Origin: Chiloscyllium plagiosum
Taxonomy: Eukaryota
DNA length: 39,435 bases
Assembly (NCBI RefSeq): GCF_004010195.1
Contig: NC_057719.1
Span: 82,817,060-82,856,494, forward strand
Direction of reading: 5' to 3'
Both the position numbers and the translations under genes were made by a program. Positions 22,696-36,499 of the stretch are shown one piece after another (positions within the stretch are counted from its first letter, which is position 1; each line of letters starts with the position of its first letter). The notes beneath the pieces were generated by a model. It ran no database searches. It was not told the DNA's origin and saw only the letters and a list, made by a program, of their open reading frames with translations.

Positions 22696-23640
22696 ATCTG
22701 GAGATGCCGGTGTTGGACTGGGCTGGACAATGTTAAAAATCTCACAACACCAGGTTATACACCAGGTCATTCCTGAAGAAGGGCTTATGCCCGGAACATC
22801 GATTCTCCTGTTCCCTGGATGCTGCCTGACCTGCTGCGCTTTTCCAGCAACACATTTCCAGCTCTGATCTCCAGCATCTGCAGACCTCACTTTCTCCTCC
22901 AACACCAGGTTATAGTCCAACAGGTTTATTTGGAAGCACTAGCTTTCGGAGTGCAGCTCCTTCATCAGGTGGTTGTGGAGTATAAGATCTTGAGACACAG
23001 AATTTATAGCAAATGATTACAGTGTCATACAGTGATATATTGAACAAACCTGGATTGTTAAATCTCTCATCTTTGAGAATACAGGTTTGGGTTCATTAAT
23101 ATTTAAATCCCAGAACTTCTTTTAAATCGAGATAACTTAAAGTTTTGCAACAAAAAGGTGACATCTGAGCTCAGACACAGCATCAAAGGTGTGAGGTCAG
23201 AGTCTGTCTGTATCCCAATCATGGGTCAAACTGGTTCTATTTCCAAAGTGGAATTTACAAAATATTACATGGATTGACTGCCTGCAGATTATGCATTTTT
23301 GAGCAAACTGGAATGTATCTGCAAATATACCTCACACCTTTAATGCATTATCTGAGCTGAGATGTCACCTTTCATTATAAAATCTTGTTATCTCGAGAAG
23401 GTGACTTGAAAGAAGTTATGGGATTTACATATTAATAAACCAAAACCTACAGTCTAAAAGATGAGAGACTTAACAATCCAGGTTTGTTCAATACATCACT
23501 GTATGACACTGTAACCTTTTGCGTTAAGTTCTGTGTCTTATTATCCACGACCACCTGATGAAGGAGCAGTGTTCCAAAAGCTAGTGCTTCCAAATAAACC
23601 TGTTGGACTATAATCTGGTGTTGTCATTTTTAACTTTATC
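22696..23640 (-). mobile_element. Penelope-like family B large inverted-repeat insertion, with a nested family A copy at 22768-22899
   Basis: Arms ~22900-23197 / 23329-23625 are reverse complements; the nested copy is bounded by a 15 bp TSD CAACACCAGGTTATA. Confidence 0.8.
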
Positions 23641-23811
23641 CATAATATTGCACAACTTTAATGCAGTATATTAGACTAAGTCTTGTAAAGTGATGACTGT
23701 AACAGTCTGTGCTGTCATAAAAGGGAGTGTCAGACAGATGTGATTGGAATGTCTAAGAGAAAATAGCATGGAAAGAAACTAGTACAGGGGAGTGTTCTTA
23801 ACTGTAAATAT

Positions 23812-24136
23812 TTTAGAGTACAGGAGTTGGGAGGTCATATTGCAGCTGTACAGGACATTGGTTAGGCCACTGTTGGAATATTGCGTGCAATTCTGGTCTC
23901 CTTCCTATCGGAAAGATGTTGTGAAACTTGAAAGGGTTCAGAAAAGATTTACAAGGATTTTGCCAGTTTTGGAGGATCTGAGCTCTAGTGAGAGGCTGTA
24001 CAGGGTGGGGCTGTTTTCCCTGGAGTGTCAGAGGCTGAGGGGTTACCTTATAGAGGTTTACAAAATTATGAGGGACATCGGCATGGACGGGTTGGACTGA
24101 AGGGTCTGTTTCCATGCTGTACATCTCTATGACTCT
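23812..24136 (+). mobile_element. CR1 3' fragment with internal deletion
   Basis: EYRSWEVILQLYRTLVRPLLEYCVQFWSPSYRKD... joined directly to the 3' tail CTCTATGACTCT. Confidence 0.9.
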
Positions 24137-24169
24137 TAAGTGTTATTTAGGTAGCAGTCTTTAAGAGTG

Positions 24170-26640
24170 AGTAAGTTACTCCAACCCAACAGAGCAATAA
24201 TGTATGGTTGCAAGTGAAAAACCTATACTAGAAAGTTTTCAACAAATTTCAAGACTTAATCAGGCAGAAAGTGGTTAAAGATATTCACTTAATTTCACAC
24301 TGCACCAGATGTTACGGTGAAGTCAGACTGAGAGCAGGTCAGTATGCAATGGTGAACAGTGTGGGCAGCTACATAGGTTCTGCCATCTGATCTAGGTTTG
24401 CCGATCAGTAATCAGAAGAGAGAAAGACAGAAACTCTAAATCCCAAAATAATAGCTACAGTTGAATTATACAGACTTAAAAAAAAGGGAAAAGCAAAGAA
24501 AGGAGATGTGTGGCCTGGAAAGCAATTAATAGTGGCATCTAGGACTAACTGTTGCAGGTACTGAAGGGGTTAGCATGGGCATGGAAATGATCCTGCCAAA
24601 AATACCCACTACGATTGGTGCAGAAATATGTGGCATTTTCAGGCTGTAAATCACTGTTTAAAAAAGAACAGACAGAACGTTTAAGAATAGGTTTTAAAAG
24701 TATTTTAAGAAAGAAATAGACTTTTCACAAGATATTGAGCTACCTTAGTAGAGGTTAAAGAAATATTTGGAAATTATTGGAGGGCAGAGATTTTGGGCAC
24801 CCTTTAAGTTAAATATTGGAGCAGCAGTTTCAAATCTTTTAGACTGTTATGGACCAGACCAGATCGCCTCAAAGTATTTTTAAGAAGGTGGCCTAGATCC
24901 TAACTTTTTCTTATTTTAAAGGCAGATGTGAAGTGTGTGTTCCAGATGTGATGTGACTGCTCAAACTACTTCACATAAAGCAAAACACAATCTATTTAAA
25001 CACTGTAGATAAATAACAAACAAAGGAAAAAGGAACTAAAAATAACTGGATAATAGATAGAATACCTCTGACTAATTAACTGTCCCGATATAGTTACATT
25101 CCGTAAACACCACCTTGGGAGAAAGGCAAATTCAGACACAGATTCTTACATGCGGTTCTCCAATCCAGGAGAGGGAAAAAAAACGTCAAGAAATTCCAGA
25201 GAAAATCGCAGCCAGGAATCATTCACTGAAGCCTGTAACTCTTCTGAGACCCCAAACAGCTGCTGACTGCTGCAGCTAAACAAAAACACTAAAACCTGGT
25301 CTGTAAGAGGCGGTCATTCCCGTTCAAGCTGCTTCCATTGTTGCAGTGTATTTTTTTTAAAAAAAACCTAAAGGCCTCCTAAGTTTTTTCCTTGAGCCGT
25401 TTTCAGTAGCTGGTTCGTCACCTCCGTCTTTACAACCTCTCTTCAAAACAAAAAGAGCCCAGCACAAAATAACCTTTTTAAAGTGATAGCGTCACAAGAC
25501 ACTGGACCATGGTTAAACGTGAGAGTGCTTCGATCATCCTGAAAGCATCTACACTGATCCGCAGGAATAGAGCTGAAGGGTTCTGGTAGAACCCTTCCTT
25601 AAAAAGCACAGTATTTACTGCAGTGCTGTACATAATCCAAGATCAGAATAAACCTTTGGTCTCAGAAGAGCTCACAAGTAACGTGTCAAGAATTCTAAAC
25701 TTTATATAAAGATTTGATATGCAAGGAAAATGATACTTGGTCCAAACATGAACTTCTAAGTAGAAAGGCATGTATGGAATGGGATCCAGTTTACAAAGGA
25801 GAAGAAATGAAGGAGCCCAATCAGGAGACTTACGAGCTGAACTTCTGAAGTTACTTACAGGATTTGAAAGCTAAAGAAACAGCATATTGCATAACATTAA
25901 GTCCAGAAGGGAAACCAATATGCTTACATATTCCAGGAAGTCTGCACACCCTTTATTTCTAAAGGGAAGACTTAGTGATCAAACAAGGAGTCCTTTCACC
26001 TGTAAAAGAGCTGACAGCTTGATATTCGGGATGGAGTGACAATGGCTCCAAAGGCAGACAGAAATCCAATCAATAGTATCAGTGGGTTAGAGTTTCGCAA
26101 AATTAGGGAAGATCTCAATGTTCTCTAAACTGGACTCTAATGGCAAGTTCGAGCAGTATTGCTAGGAGAGGAATCCATGTTCCTCGCAACTTTTACAGCA
26201 CCATTTAGAAGATTCTGTTTTAACAGATTGCCCTTTGGAATTATTTCAGCACCAGAGACTTTTCAAAGGAAAATGTGTAATCTTTTAGACAAAATTTCTT
26301 GCCACGACCTGAGCGAGAGCTGTGCTGAGAAGAATACACAAGGCAGGATTTCCGCACAACATTGTGAGAGTTTACCCAAACAACAATCAAAGCTTTTGGT
26401 GACATTGTAAATGCATCAGGAATTGAGTGATCCATTGACTATCAAGAGTTCAGATCCAGCTCCAAGGAAGATCACGGAGTTACGGTGATCCTCGGTGGAT
26501 CCAGTGGCAAAATTTCTAAGAAAATAAGTTGAACCCAATGGAATCTAGTTGTTACTCAAAGACTGAATGGTGTTGGGAAGAAGCACATCAGAAAATCATG
26601 TGAAAATAAATAACAAGATTAATGTTATCAGAAACATTTG
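24170..26640 (+). mobile_element. Decayed Ty3/Gypsy gag-pol internal region
   Basis: Zn-knuckle remnant ~24610-24650; protease remnant FKLNIGAAVS ~24804-24833 (decayed DTG motif); RT FSKLDSN and EESMFLATFTAPFRRFCFNRLPFGIISAPETFQRKM at 26120-26290. Confidence 0.78.
24845..25496. mobile_element. Solo LTR (652 bp) inserted in the Gypsy remnant
   Basis: TGTTATG...CGTCACA termini, perfect 4 bp TSD AGAC (24841-24844, 25497-25500), homologous to 6125-8204. Confidence 0.85.
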
Positions 26641-26659
26641 CACATGTGAATTATATACC

Positions 26660-27164
26660 ACAAAACCACACCCTCTCACAGACACTCATAACCCTACATT
26701 TTACTTTGCTCAAAAACTGCATCAATCCATGTAAGATTCTGTGAATCCATTTCTTAGATTAGAATCAGTTTGACCATTGTGGCACAGATATCCTCAACAG
26801 GGAGTTAACACCTCCAATACCTTATCTGGGCTGACATGACACCAGTTGTTAAAGTTCACTTGAGAATGTAACTTGTAAAAAAAGGTTTTGCGATTTACAT
26901 ATGAAAGAACTGAAACCAACATGTTCGTTCTAAAAGATGAGAGACTTAACAATCCAGGTCTTTTTCAATATATAATTTGAGTCACATCACACTGTAAACG
27001 TTTGCTATAAATTCTGTCTTCCAATCTTATTCTCCACAACCACCTGATGAAGGAACAGCGCTCCGAAAGCTAGTGCTTCCAAATAAACCTGTTGGACTAT
27101 AACTTGGCACTGTGTGATTTTGAACTTTGTACACCCCAATTCAACACCGGCACCTCCAAATCAT
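26660..27164 (+). mobile_element. Penelope-like family B 3' portion
   Basis: Colinear with 23329-23640; ends ...CAACACCGGCACCTCCAAATCAT; hammerhead-like motif at 27041-27075. Confidence 0.75.
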
Positions 27165-27404
27165 AGCTTTTTTTTGAGCAGACACATCTAGCTGCTGATT
27201 AGTCAAGCCCAGACTGCCAAGGCATATGCAACTGAGCAGTTTGACAGGACCACCTCCTAGTCACCAGGGAATGCTCTTACTGTCTCATGCTATAGCTCCA
27301 TCATGATCCAATTTTTCCCCATTTCGTTGGACTTTTATTGCCCACCCCTCTTGTTGGCCAATTCCTGCTCATGGTACAGCAGAAATTGGAAAATTAATAA
27401 ACAG

Positions 27405-27712
27405 AACATACAAACTAGGATCAGGAGTAGGCCATCTGGCCCTTTGAGCCCACTCCGCCATTCAATAAGATCATGGCTGACCTTTTCGTGAGCTCAGCTC
27501 CACTTAGCCACCCTCTCACCATAACCCTTAATTCCTTTACTGTTCAAAAAATTATCTATCTTAGCTTTAAAAACATTCAGTGAGGAAGCCCCAACTACTT
27601 CACAGGGTGGGGAATTCCACAGATTCACAACCCTCTGGGTGAAGAAGTTCCTTCTCAATTTGGTCCTAAATCTGCCCCCTGCTAGTTTTAAGACTATACC
27701 ATCTTGTCCTAG
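27405..27712 (-). mobile_element. CR1 3' end
   Basis: RNFFTQRVVNLWNS...LNVFKAKIDNFLNSKGIKGYG and 3' tail. Confidence 0.88.
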
Positions 27713-27861
27713 TTTGGAAATGAGAAGCAACCCCTGTCTCCCACCATAGTTTTAACTGGTGTAAATACTGCATATGGGGACATTGCTGATGTCTTGCTGA
27801 GTACTAATGTAACATTAAAACTTGGGCTAGTGACTGAAACTGAGGTCTGTTGTTTTTGCAG

Positions 27862-27938
27862 AATTCTTCCAGCCTGCAACATATAAGGTGAATGAAGATG
27901 GTTCTTTTGATGTGGTAGATGTACAGAATGCAGAGAAG
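27862..27938 (+). CDS. JMJD7: JMJD7 coding exon 6 (77 bp)
   Basis: TTTTTGCAG acceptor, GTAAAT donor; [26 protein letters not shown]. Confidence 0.95.
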
Positions 27939-29845
27939 GTAAATACCCTATTACAAGGGCTAAAAAGGAAATTCGATGAAAATTTGTGCATCTTTCAGTT
28001 CAATTTCCATTATTGTAGAAACTTAGTTTCCCATCCTCCCATTCCCATGCTGTCTGGTTTGCGATGCAGACTGATCCTAACAAGCGTGGGATCAATATCC
28101 ATGTGTATTGAGGTCACCATGAAGAACCCTCCTTCTCAGTCTCTCCCTTTGCCTTAGGTGTGGTGATCCTCTGGTCAAATCACTATTAGCTGCCTCTTTC
28201 TAATGAGAGGACAGCCCTATTGTCCTGTGGGTCTATTGTGACTTTCCATTTTTTTTTGTTTGTAAAAACCTGGCTTTTGAGTTGTTGTCAGTCCCTTTTG
28301 TAAAGGATAACCTGGAATTGCCAAAAACAGTACTCTGTGATTCTGCCCTCTCATCTGCGTTGCTGAGAGATGCTTTAATCTATTCTTAGCGTCTTTTCTG
28401 AACCACAATACAGAAGTTGTTCGCTGAACTAAGCCTCAAACATCTCATTGAATGCCATTGGACAAAACTTGCCATCTCACTCAGTGGTTCCATGAGTGCC
28501 TGTTGTATGAAATATAACATTGCATGCCTCATTCTGGTTCAGATTAAGGCAAAATTCATAGAGGTGGCTGAAAGATCTTTAATTGAGTAAAACGATGAAG
28601 CCCATGTTTGTAGTCAGACTGATATTTTAAAGTGAAATCTTAAATTATGATATTAAAACACTCAGGTTACTGGAAAGTGAATTGGCCAAGTTAATATTAC
28701 AATGAGGCTTTTCGCCTTCATTTTAAAAGCCATTCTATTTTTTGCTTGCGTTTGCTGCTTTCTCAATATGGGTCAAAGGAGATAAGAAAGGCTCATTCTA
28801 TGAGATAAATGTTGGGTTCAGCTCTCCTTGTGGGTTTAAAAGGGCAAGAATGTTTTTCCCAGTCCCAAAGAGCTCTCCAACATTAGTAGCAATTAATAAA
28901 CTCTCCACGCCCCGAATCCCAACATTTCAGCCCCTCTGACACTATTCGGCCATCCCCAGCCATCATTTGCACACTCCAAATACCTTCTGCTCCCTGATGT
29001 GTGCACCAAGACATTCCTCATGTTGCTTTTTGGGCCGTACATCTGGGTAAAATTGTAATAATCATTGTAAAAACAGCCATGACATATCAGCACCAAAAAT
29101 ATGTCTCCTTATTGTTAGTTGAAAAACTAAGTTACTCCAGGGATACTACGTGCCCAAAGAGCCAAGCTTCCATTCCACCTCTAACCTCTGAGAGTTCCTG
29201 TTCCTTTAGTCAGCAGGAGTAAAAATCCAAAATGATTATCACCTCGACTGGGCATTCCTTTCATAGACATTGAAAGACTAAAGAAACATTCATAGAAACT
29301 CTGAGCAGGTGTAGGCCTTTCCACCCTGTGAGTCTCCTTCACCGTTCACGATGGTGATGGCAAATCGCACCTCAACACCACTTTCTCTCCACCTGAAATG
29401 GAATAGAAATGTGCCAGGAAATAGTGCACACCAGCATAAATGTTTGAAAACTAATTTTTTTTGGCTCAGATTGTCTAACTCTTATAGGGCCTGAATATTT
29501 TTGGTGCCGGAGCCAGTCCAGTTCATTAATTCTTCAGTTGGCTATTGTGATGGAGGGAGGTACAGGTGAAACATGAGGAAGCTAGGAGTGAGAAAGAAAG
29601 TCTGGGGGAATTTTACATCCAAATGTCAGGAGAGTTTAAATGTGAGTGATTTGAACATGTTTCTGCAGACAGCAAGTTTGAATGAGATGAGAAAGATTTG
29701 GAATTGACTTTTCTAAAAAAAAGAAGTTTCCTGTTCTGAGGTAACCTTGCTTACTATCTCAGCAGCTCCACTTATTCTTTATGTGGTGATGGTAGCATGA
29801 GATGTCCTACATCCTCTTCATTATCACCAACTACCATTTGTGAGA

Positions 29846-30156
29846 TTCATAGAATAAAATCCCTACAGTGTGGAAACAGGCCATTTGGCTCATCATGTCC
29901 ACACAGACCCTCCGAAGAGCATCCCACCCAGACCCACCCCCCTACACTATCCCTGTGAACCCTGCATTTTTCCTGAACACTATGGGCAATTTAGCATGGC
30001 CAGTTCACCTAACCTGTGCATCTTTGGACTGTGGGAGGAAACCGGAGCACCCAGAGGAAACCCACACAGACACAGGGAGAATGTGCAAACTTGACACACA
30101 CGATAACTCGAGGGTGGAATTGAATCTGGGTCCCTGACACTGAGCCGCTGTGCCAT
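29846..30156 (-). mobile_element. HE1-type V-SINE
   Basis: Reverse complement of the V-domain, tRNA head and tail. Confidence 0.87.
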
Positions 30157-31139
30157 GTTAAACACGACTAAACATTTCATAACATGACAAGTTATAAGCA
30201 GTGTAATTTTGTCTTATTTAAAACTTGCTCAGCATTTGGATCCCTTGTTAGTGGACTTCTGTACGACAACCAAGATGGTTGTCTTGGCCTCTTGATTCTT
30301 TCTTTCTTGTAATGTGGTCGAATTGTAAAAATTATAATGCAATGTGTGCCAGTGAGGCCTGCTCCAGTAATGTGGATAAAGTAGAGCCATTGTACTGCGT
30401 TGTTTCAAACTCAGTCTACTGCACCTAAATTGGATCAATGTCAGTTGTGAAGTGCTCTGTTTCTCTTTACCCACCCTCCATGTACTGCAGCTGTTCAAGA
30501 ATATAGTTCACCATTCCTGTCTCAATTAGGAATGGGCAATAACTGCTGGTCTCGCCAGCAATACTCACATACTGTGGACATATTTTAAAAAAAAACAAAT
30601 TCCTGTCCATTTCCTTGGCAAAATCTTAATCAGAATCCTTAGGTCCTCTTATTACAAAATCTTGGCCAGAATACACTGCCAGAGAGTTGGTTTCAGAAAC
30701 TATCAGAAGATAACTTGTGTAAAATTACCACTCTTAACTCTCTGGTTCAAGCTAGCAAAGGTTTTATTTGAGAATATGCAAGAGAGAAGCCCATCTTGGT
30801 TACTTCTTAGAATAGAGATTTATGATTGTGCAACTTAAGCAGGATTCTCATATCTTAACCTGTACCCTTGGGTCTGCTAGTTCCCATGGTAACTCAGCTG
30901 CCTTGCCTGGATTCACACTTCCCGATCTCTTGCTCTCTCTCTCTAGTAACAACTAATAATATGCTTACACAGGCTATTAGTGTTAAAATATAAAAGAAAT
31001 TGGACATAACTGCAACATTGATTTCTCAACTACCTTGCATTTTAATTTTATCCTTATTAACTCTATTTGATGCTGATAATGGTGTTTGGAATCAGACAGC
31101 TCCAAGAGAAAAGCCAAGGATAGAATATGGATCTCTTTT

Positions 31140-31360
31140 AACATAGTCATCTCTGCATAGTGACAAGGGTAGACCATTCAGCCTCTCGAACCTGCTTCAC
31201 CGTTCAATAACATCATGGCCAATCTGTGGCCTAACTCTATATGCCTGCGTTGAGCCCATGTTCCTTGATATCCTTGAAATTTGTCTATCTCAGATTTAAC
31301 TTTAACAATTGAATTAGCATCAACCGCCATTTGAGGAAGAGAGTTTGAAACCTCCTCTCC
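31140..31360 (-). mobile_element. Old CR1 3' end fragment
   Basis: ACCATTCAGCCTCTCGAACCTGCTTCACCGTTCAATAACATCATGGC tail similarity to other CR1 ends in the window. Confidence 0.65.
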
Positions 31361-31639
31361 TCTTTCATGATCCTGGTATTGAAATCAGACATGGTATGGC
31401 TGGGAAGCTGTTCAATCTGAGAGAGCCAAGGTCTCCAAAAGCATTCTTCAGAGGTTGTGTTTGCTGAGAACTGTGCAAAGGCTGCCAGTTCAGAATCCAA
31501 TATGCAATGTAGCATAGATTTATTCTCTAATAAATGTGATAATGTTAGCCTTGTATTCATAAGACCATTGGATATAGGAGCAGAATCGGGCCATTTGGCC
31601 CATCAACTCTGCTCTGCCATTTGACCATAATCAATTTAT

Positions 31640-34600
31640 TTATAGAGTCATAGAGATGTACAGCACAGAAACAGACCCTTCGGTCCAACCTGTCCATGCC
31701 GACCAGATATCCCAACCCAATCTGGTCCCTCTAGCCAGCACCTGGCCCACATCCCTCCAAACCCTTCCTATTCATACACCCATCTAGCTGCCTTTTAAAT
31801 GTTGTAATTGTACCAGCCTCCACCACTTCCTCTGGCAGTTCACTCCATACACATACCACACTCTGTGTGAAAAAGTTGTCCCTTAGAATTCTTTTAAATT
31901 TTACTCCTCTCACCCTAAACCTTTGCCCTCTAGTTCTAGACTCCTCCACCCCAGGGAAGAGACTTTGATCATTTATCCTATCCATGCTCCTCATGATTTT
32001 ATAAACCTCGATAAGGTCACCCCTCAGCCTCCAATGCTCCAGTGAAAACAGTCCCAGCCTGTTCAGCCTCTCCCTATAGTTCAAATCCTCCAACCCTGTA
32101 AACATCCTTGTAGATCTTTTCTGAACCCTTTCAAGTTTCACAACATCCTTCTGATAGGAAGGAGACCAGAATTGCACGCAATATTCCAACAGTGGCCTAA
32201 CCAATGTCCTGTACAGCCGCAACATGATCTTCCAACTCCTGTACTCAATGCTCTGATCAATAAAGGAAAGCATACCAAATGCCTCCTTCACTATCCTATC
32301 TACCTGCGACTCCACTTTCAAGGAGCTATGAACCTGTACTCCAAGGTCTCTTTGTTCAGCAACACTCCCTAGGACCTTACCATTAAGTGTATAAGTCCTG
32401 CTAAGACTTGCTTTTCCAAAATGTAGCACCTCACATTTATCTAAACTAAACTCCACCTGCCACTCCTCAGCCCTTTGGCCCATCTGGTCAAGATCCTGTT
32501 GTAATCTGAAGTAACCTTCTTCGCTGTCCACTACACTTCCAATTTTGGTGTCATCTGCAAACTTACTAACTGTACTTCCTATGCTCACATCCAAATCAAT
32601 TGTATAAATGATGAAAAGTAGTGGACCCAGCACCGATCCTTGTGGCACTCCACTGGTCATAGGCCTCTAGTCTGAAAAATAACCCTCCACCACCACCCTC
32701 TGTCTTCTACCTTTGAGCCAGTTCTGTATCCAAATGGCTAGTTCTCCCTGTATTCCATGAGATCTAACCTTACTAATCAGTCTCCCAAATATATATACAT
32801 CCTGTCCTTCAGGATTCCCTCCAACAACTTGCCCACCAAAGATGTCAGGCTCACGGCTCACTCTATAGTTCCCTGGCTTGTCCTTACCACCCTTCTTAAA
32901 TAGTGGTACCACGTTAGCCAACCTCCAGTCTTCTAGCACCTCGCACCTCACCTGTGACTATCGGTGATACAAATACCTCAGCAAGGGGCCCAGCAATCAC
33001 TTCACTAACTTTCTACAGAGTTCTATGGTACACCTTTTCAGGTTCTGCGTTTCAAGACATCCAGCACTCCCTCCTCTGTAATATATACATGTTTCAAGGT
33101 GTCACCATCTATTTCCCTACATTCTATCTCTTCCATATCCTTCTCCACAGTAAACACTGATGCAAAATACTTGTTTCGTATTTCTCCCATCTCCTGCCGC
33201 TCCACACAAAGGCTGCCTTGCTGATCTTTAAGGGACCCTATTCACTCCCTTGTTACCCTTTGTACTTAATATATTTGTAAAAAGCCCTTTGGATTCTCCT
33301 TAACTCTATTTGCCAAAGCTATCTCATGTCCCCTTTTTGCCCTCCTGATTCCCCTCTTAAGTATACTCCTACTTCCTTTATACTCTCCTAAGGATTCACT
33401 CGATCTATCCTGTCTATACCTTACATATGCTTCCTTCTTTTTCTTAACCAAACGTTCTTGTACACACTTAAGAAATTCCTCTCCATCTAAACCCTTAACA
33501 TTACGGCAGTCCCAGTCTATGTTTGGAAAGTTAAAATCCCCTACCAAAACTGCCCTATTATTCTTGCAGATAACTTAAATCTCCTTACAAATTTGTTTTT
33601 CAATTTCCCGCTGAGTATTAGGGGGTCTATAATACAATCCCAATAAAGTGATCATCCCTTTCTTATTTCTCAGTTCTCAGAAATAACTTCTGTGGATGTA
33701 TTTCTGGGAATATCCTCCCTGAGTTCAGCTGTAATGCTGTCCCTTGTCAAAAATGCCACTCTCTCCCCCGCCTCTTACTATCCTTCCTGTAGCATTTGTA
33801 TCCTGGAACATTAAGCTGCCAGTTCTGTCCATCCCTGAGCCACATTTCTGTAGCTGCTATGATATCCCAGTCCCATGTTCCTAACCATGCCCTGAGTTCA
33901 TCTGCCTTCCCTGTTGGGCCCCTTGCATTGAAATAAATGCAGTTTAATTTATTAGTCTTACCTTGTTCTCTGCTTTGTCCCTACCTGCCCTGAATGTTTG
34001 AATGACCTCTTTTCTCAACTGTACCAGCTCGATTGATCTCTTTGCTCACTACCTCCCTGGGTCTCAGCCCCCCCCCCCACATCTCTAGTTTAAATGCTCC
34101 CGAGCAGCTCTCGCAAATCTCCCTGCCAGTTTATTAGTCCCCTTCCAATTCAGGTGCAATCCATCCTTCTTGTACAGGTCACATCTACCCCAGAAGAGAT
34201 TCCAATGACCCAAAACTGTGAATCCTTCTTCCATACACCAGCTCCTCAACCATGCATTCATCTGCTCTATCCTCCTATTCCTGCCCTCACTCGCTCGCAG
34301 CACCAGGAGTAATCCAGATATTACTACTCTCGAGGATTTCCTCTTTAAATCCCTGCCCAACTCTCTGTAATCTCCCTTCAGAATCTCATCCTTTTCTCTT
34401 CTTATGTCATTGGTTCCAATGTGTGCAGTGACCTCCTGCTGGCCCCTCTCCCCCTTGAGAACATTCTGCACTCTCTGAGACATCCTTGATCCTGGCACCA
34501 GGGAGGCAACACGCCATTCTGATTGTTCACTGTCAGCCGCAGAAACGTCTGTCTGTGCCTTGGACTATAGAATCCCCTAACACAAATGATCTCTTGGAAC

Positions 34601-35120
34601 CCTCGTTGCATTAGAGCCAGTCTCGATACCAGAAACTTAGCTGTCCTTGCTGCATTCCCCTGAGAATCTATCACCCCCTACATTTTCCAAAACAGCATAC
34701 TTATTTGAAATGGGGATAGCACCATCAGCCTACCTCTCTTTTCCTGGAGTTAACCCATCTATGTGACTGCATCTGCAACTTTTCTCCCTTCATATAACTG
34801 CCATCCATCACATCCCCTTGTTCTTGTAAATTCCTCATTGTCTCTAACTGTCACTCTAATCAATCCATTCGATCTGATAGGATTCGTAACCAATGGCATT
34901 TATTGCAGATATAATCCTCAGTAACCCACAAATTCTCCCTAAACTCCCACATCCTACAAGAAGAGCATATCACTCTACTAAAGGCCATTTTTGCTTCTTT
35001 CAATCTACAGACCCAGAAAATAGCATTGTTTTATTCCTCTATAAAACACTGCTCCAGGCTAACTTAATACTTTTGGCTTATATTTTTAAGTTTAATCAAG
35101 AGACATATCTTAATAAAAAA
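31640..35120 (-). mobile_element. Near full-length but defective CR1 (HER1-like) LINE: ORF1 (CxxC zinc motif + SGNH esterase, ~34085-34988) and ORF2 (APE-RT)
   Basis: ORF1 start MAFSRVICSSCRMW...YICNKC at 34988; HIGTND and DGLHLN esterase motifs; GDFNFPNIDW endonuclease; a 309 aa open RT C-terminus at 31731-32660. Stops and internal deletions present. Confidence 0.95.
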
Positions 35121-35124
35121 TACT

Positions 35125-36420
35125 ATTTCTTAACCCCATTCTTTTGCCTTCTTCCCATAGCCCTTGATCCCCTTACCAATCAAGAATTTGGTTTTAAATG
35201 CACTCAGTGACTTAGCCCTCTGTGTCAATGAGTTCTACAGGTTAACCACCCTCTGGCTGAAGAAATTCCTCCATCTCAGTCCCATGACTCTGAGGCTGTG
35301 CTGTCAGAACCTACCCTCTCCTAAGAGTGGAAACATCTCTACTTTATCCAGGTCTCTCAGTATTTTGTAAGTTCCAATCAGATCCCCCTCATCCTTCTAA
35401 ACTCCATCGAGTATAGATCCAGAGTCCTCAACTGCTTCTGTTATGACAAGCTCTTCATCTTCAGGATCATTCTTGTAAACCTCTTCTGGACTCCCTCCAA
35501 TGCCAGCACATTCTTTCTCCAGTACTGCTCACAATATTCCAAATGCAGTCTGATCAGAGCCTTATCCTGCTTCAGCAATACAGCTTTGCTTTTGTACTCT
35601 TGCCCTCTTGAAATGATCGCTAATATTACATTTGCCTTCCTCACTGCCAAGTGAACCTGCATCTTAACGTGAAAAGAAAATAGACTACATCTCTATTCTT
35701 TCGACCAAAGTGCATAACTTCACACTTTTCTGCATTGTATTTCATTGCCACTTACTTGCCCACTCTCCTAGCCTGTCCAAGCCCTTCACTAGCCTCCCCA
35801 CTTCCTCAATGTTACCTGCCCCTCCACCTGTTTTGTCATCTGTAAACCTAGCAACAATGCCCTCAGTTCTTTCATCCAGATTGTTAATGTATAACATGGA
35901 TAGTTCTAACACGGACCCCTGTGAAATGCCACTAGTCACTGGCTGCCATCCTGAAAAAGACCCCTTTATTTCTACTCTCTGCCTTCTGTCAGTCAGCCAA
36001 TCCTCTATTCATTGCCAGTACCTTGCCCCTAACACTATGGGCACTAATCTTATTCGGCACCCTCCTGTACATTGCCTTGTCAAAGACCTACTGGAAAGTC
36101 AAATAATCAAGTCCACTGGCTCTCCTCTTTAACTTGTTTGCTACCACCTCAAAGAATTCTAACAGATTTGTCAGACATGACCTTTCCTTAATGAAACCAT
36201 ACTGACTCAGCCATGTTTTACCGTGCCCTTCCAAATACTCTGCAAACTTATCCTTAATAATGAACTCCCAAATCTTACCAACAGCCGAGGTCATGCCAAT
36301 CGACCTATAGTTTCCCATCTTCTGCCTCCCTCCCTTCTTAAACAGGGGTTTGCATTAGGATTTTCCAATCCATTGGAACTGTCCCTGACTCCAGTGATTC
36401 CTGAAAGATCACCATTCATG
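35125..36420 (-). mobile_element. Older CR1 LINE whose 3' tail (31557-31640) was displaced by the younger CR1
   Basis: NYRSIGMTSAVGKI, SCLTNLLEFFE, QGSVL, FTDDK motifs; the 3' UTR continues seamlessly across the 31640-35120 insert. Confidence 0.85.
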
Positions 36421-36499
36421 CCAGAACGAGCTGAGCACGAAGCAAACTGAAGAAATGTACCAGCCTGCTCTGGAAAAGCTCTATCTCAAGCCCAAAGTT

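Noticed and set aside
22773..27075. Selection against intact sense-strand hammerheads in JMJD7 introns
   Set aside because: Sense copies carry lesions, but so does the antisense copy; the changes are compatible with neutral CpG decay and the sample is tiny.
28700..29250. Possible exon or element in unique-looking intron 6 sequence
   Set aside because: No recognisable protein similarity or convincing splice pair.
31731..32660. 309 aa ORF as a host gene or active CR1
   Set aside because: RT C-terminus of a CR1 whose upstream ORF2 and ORF1 carry stops and deletions.
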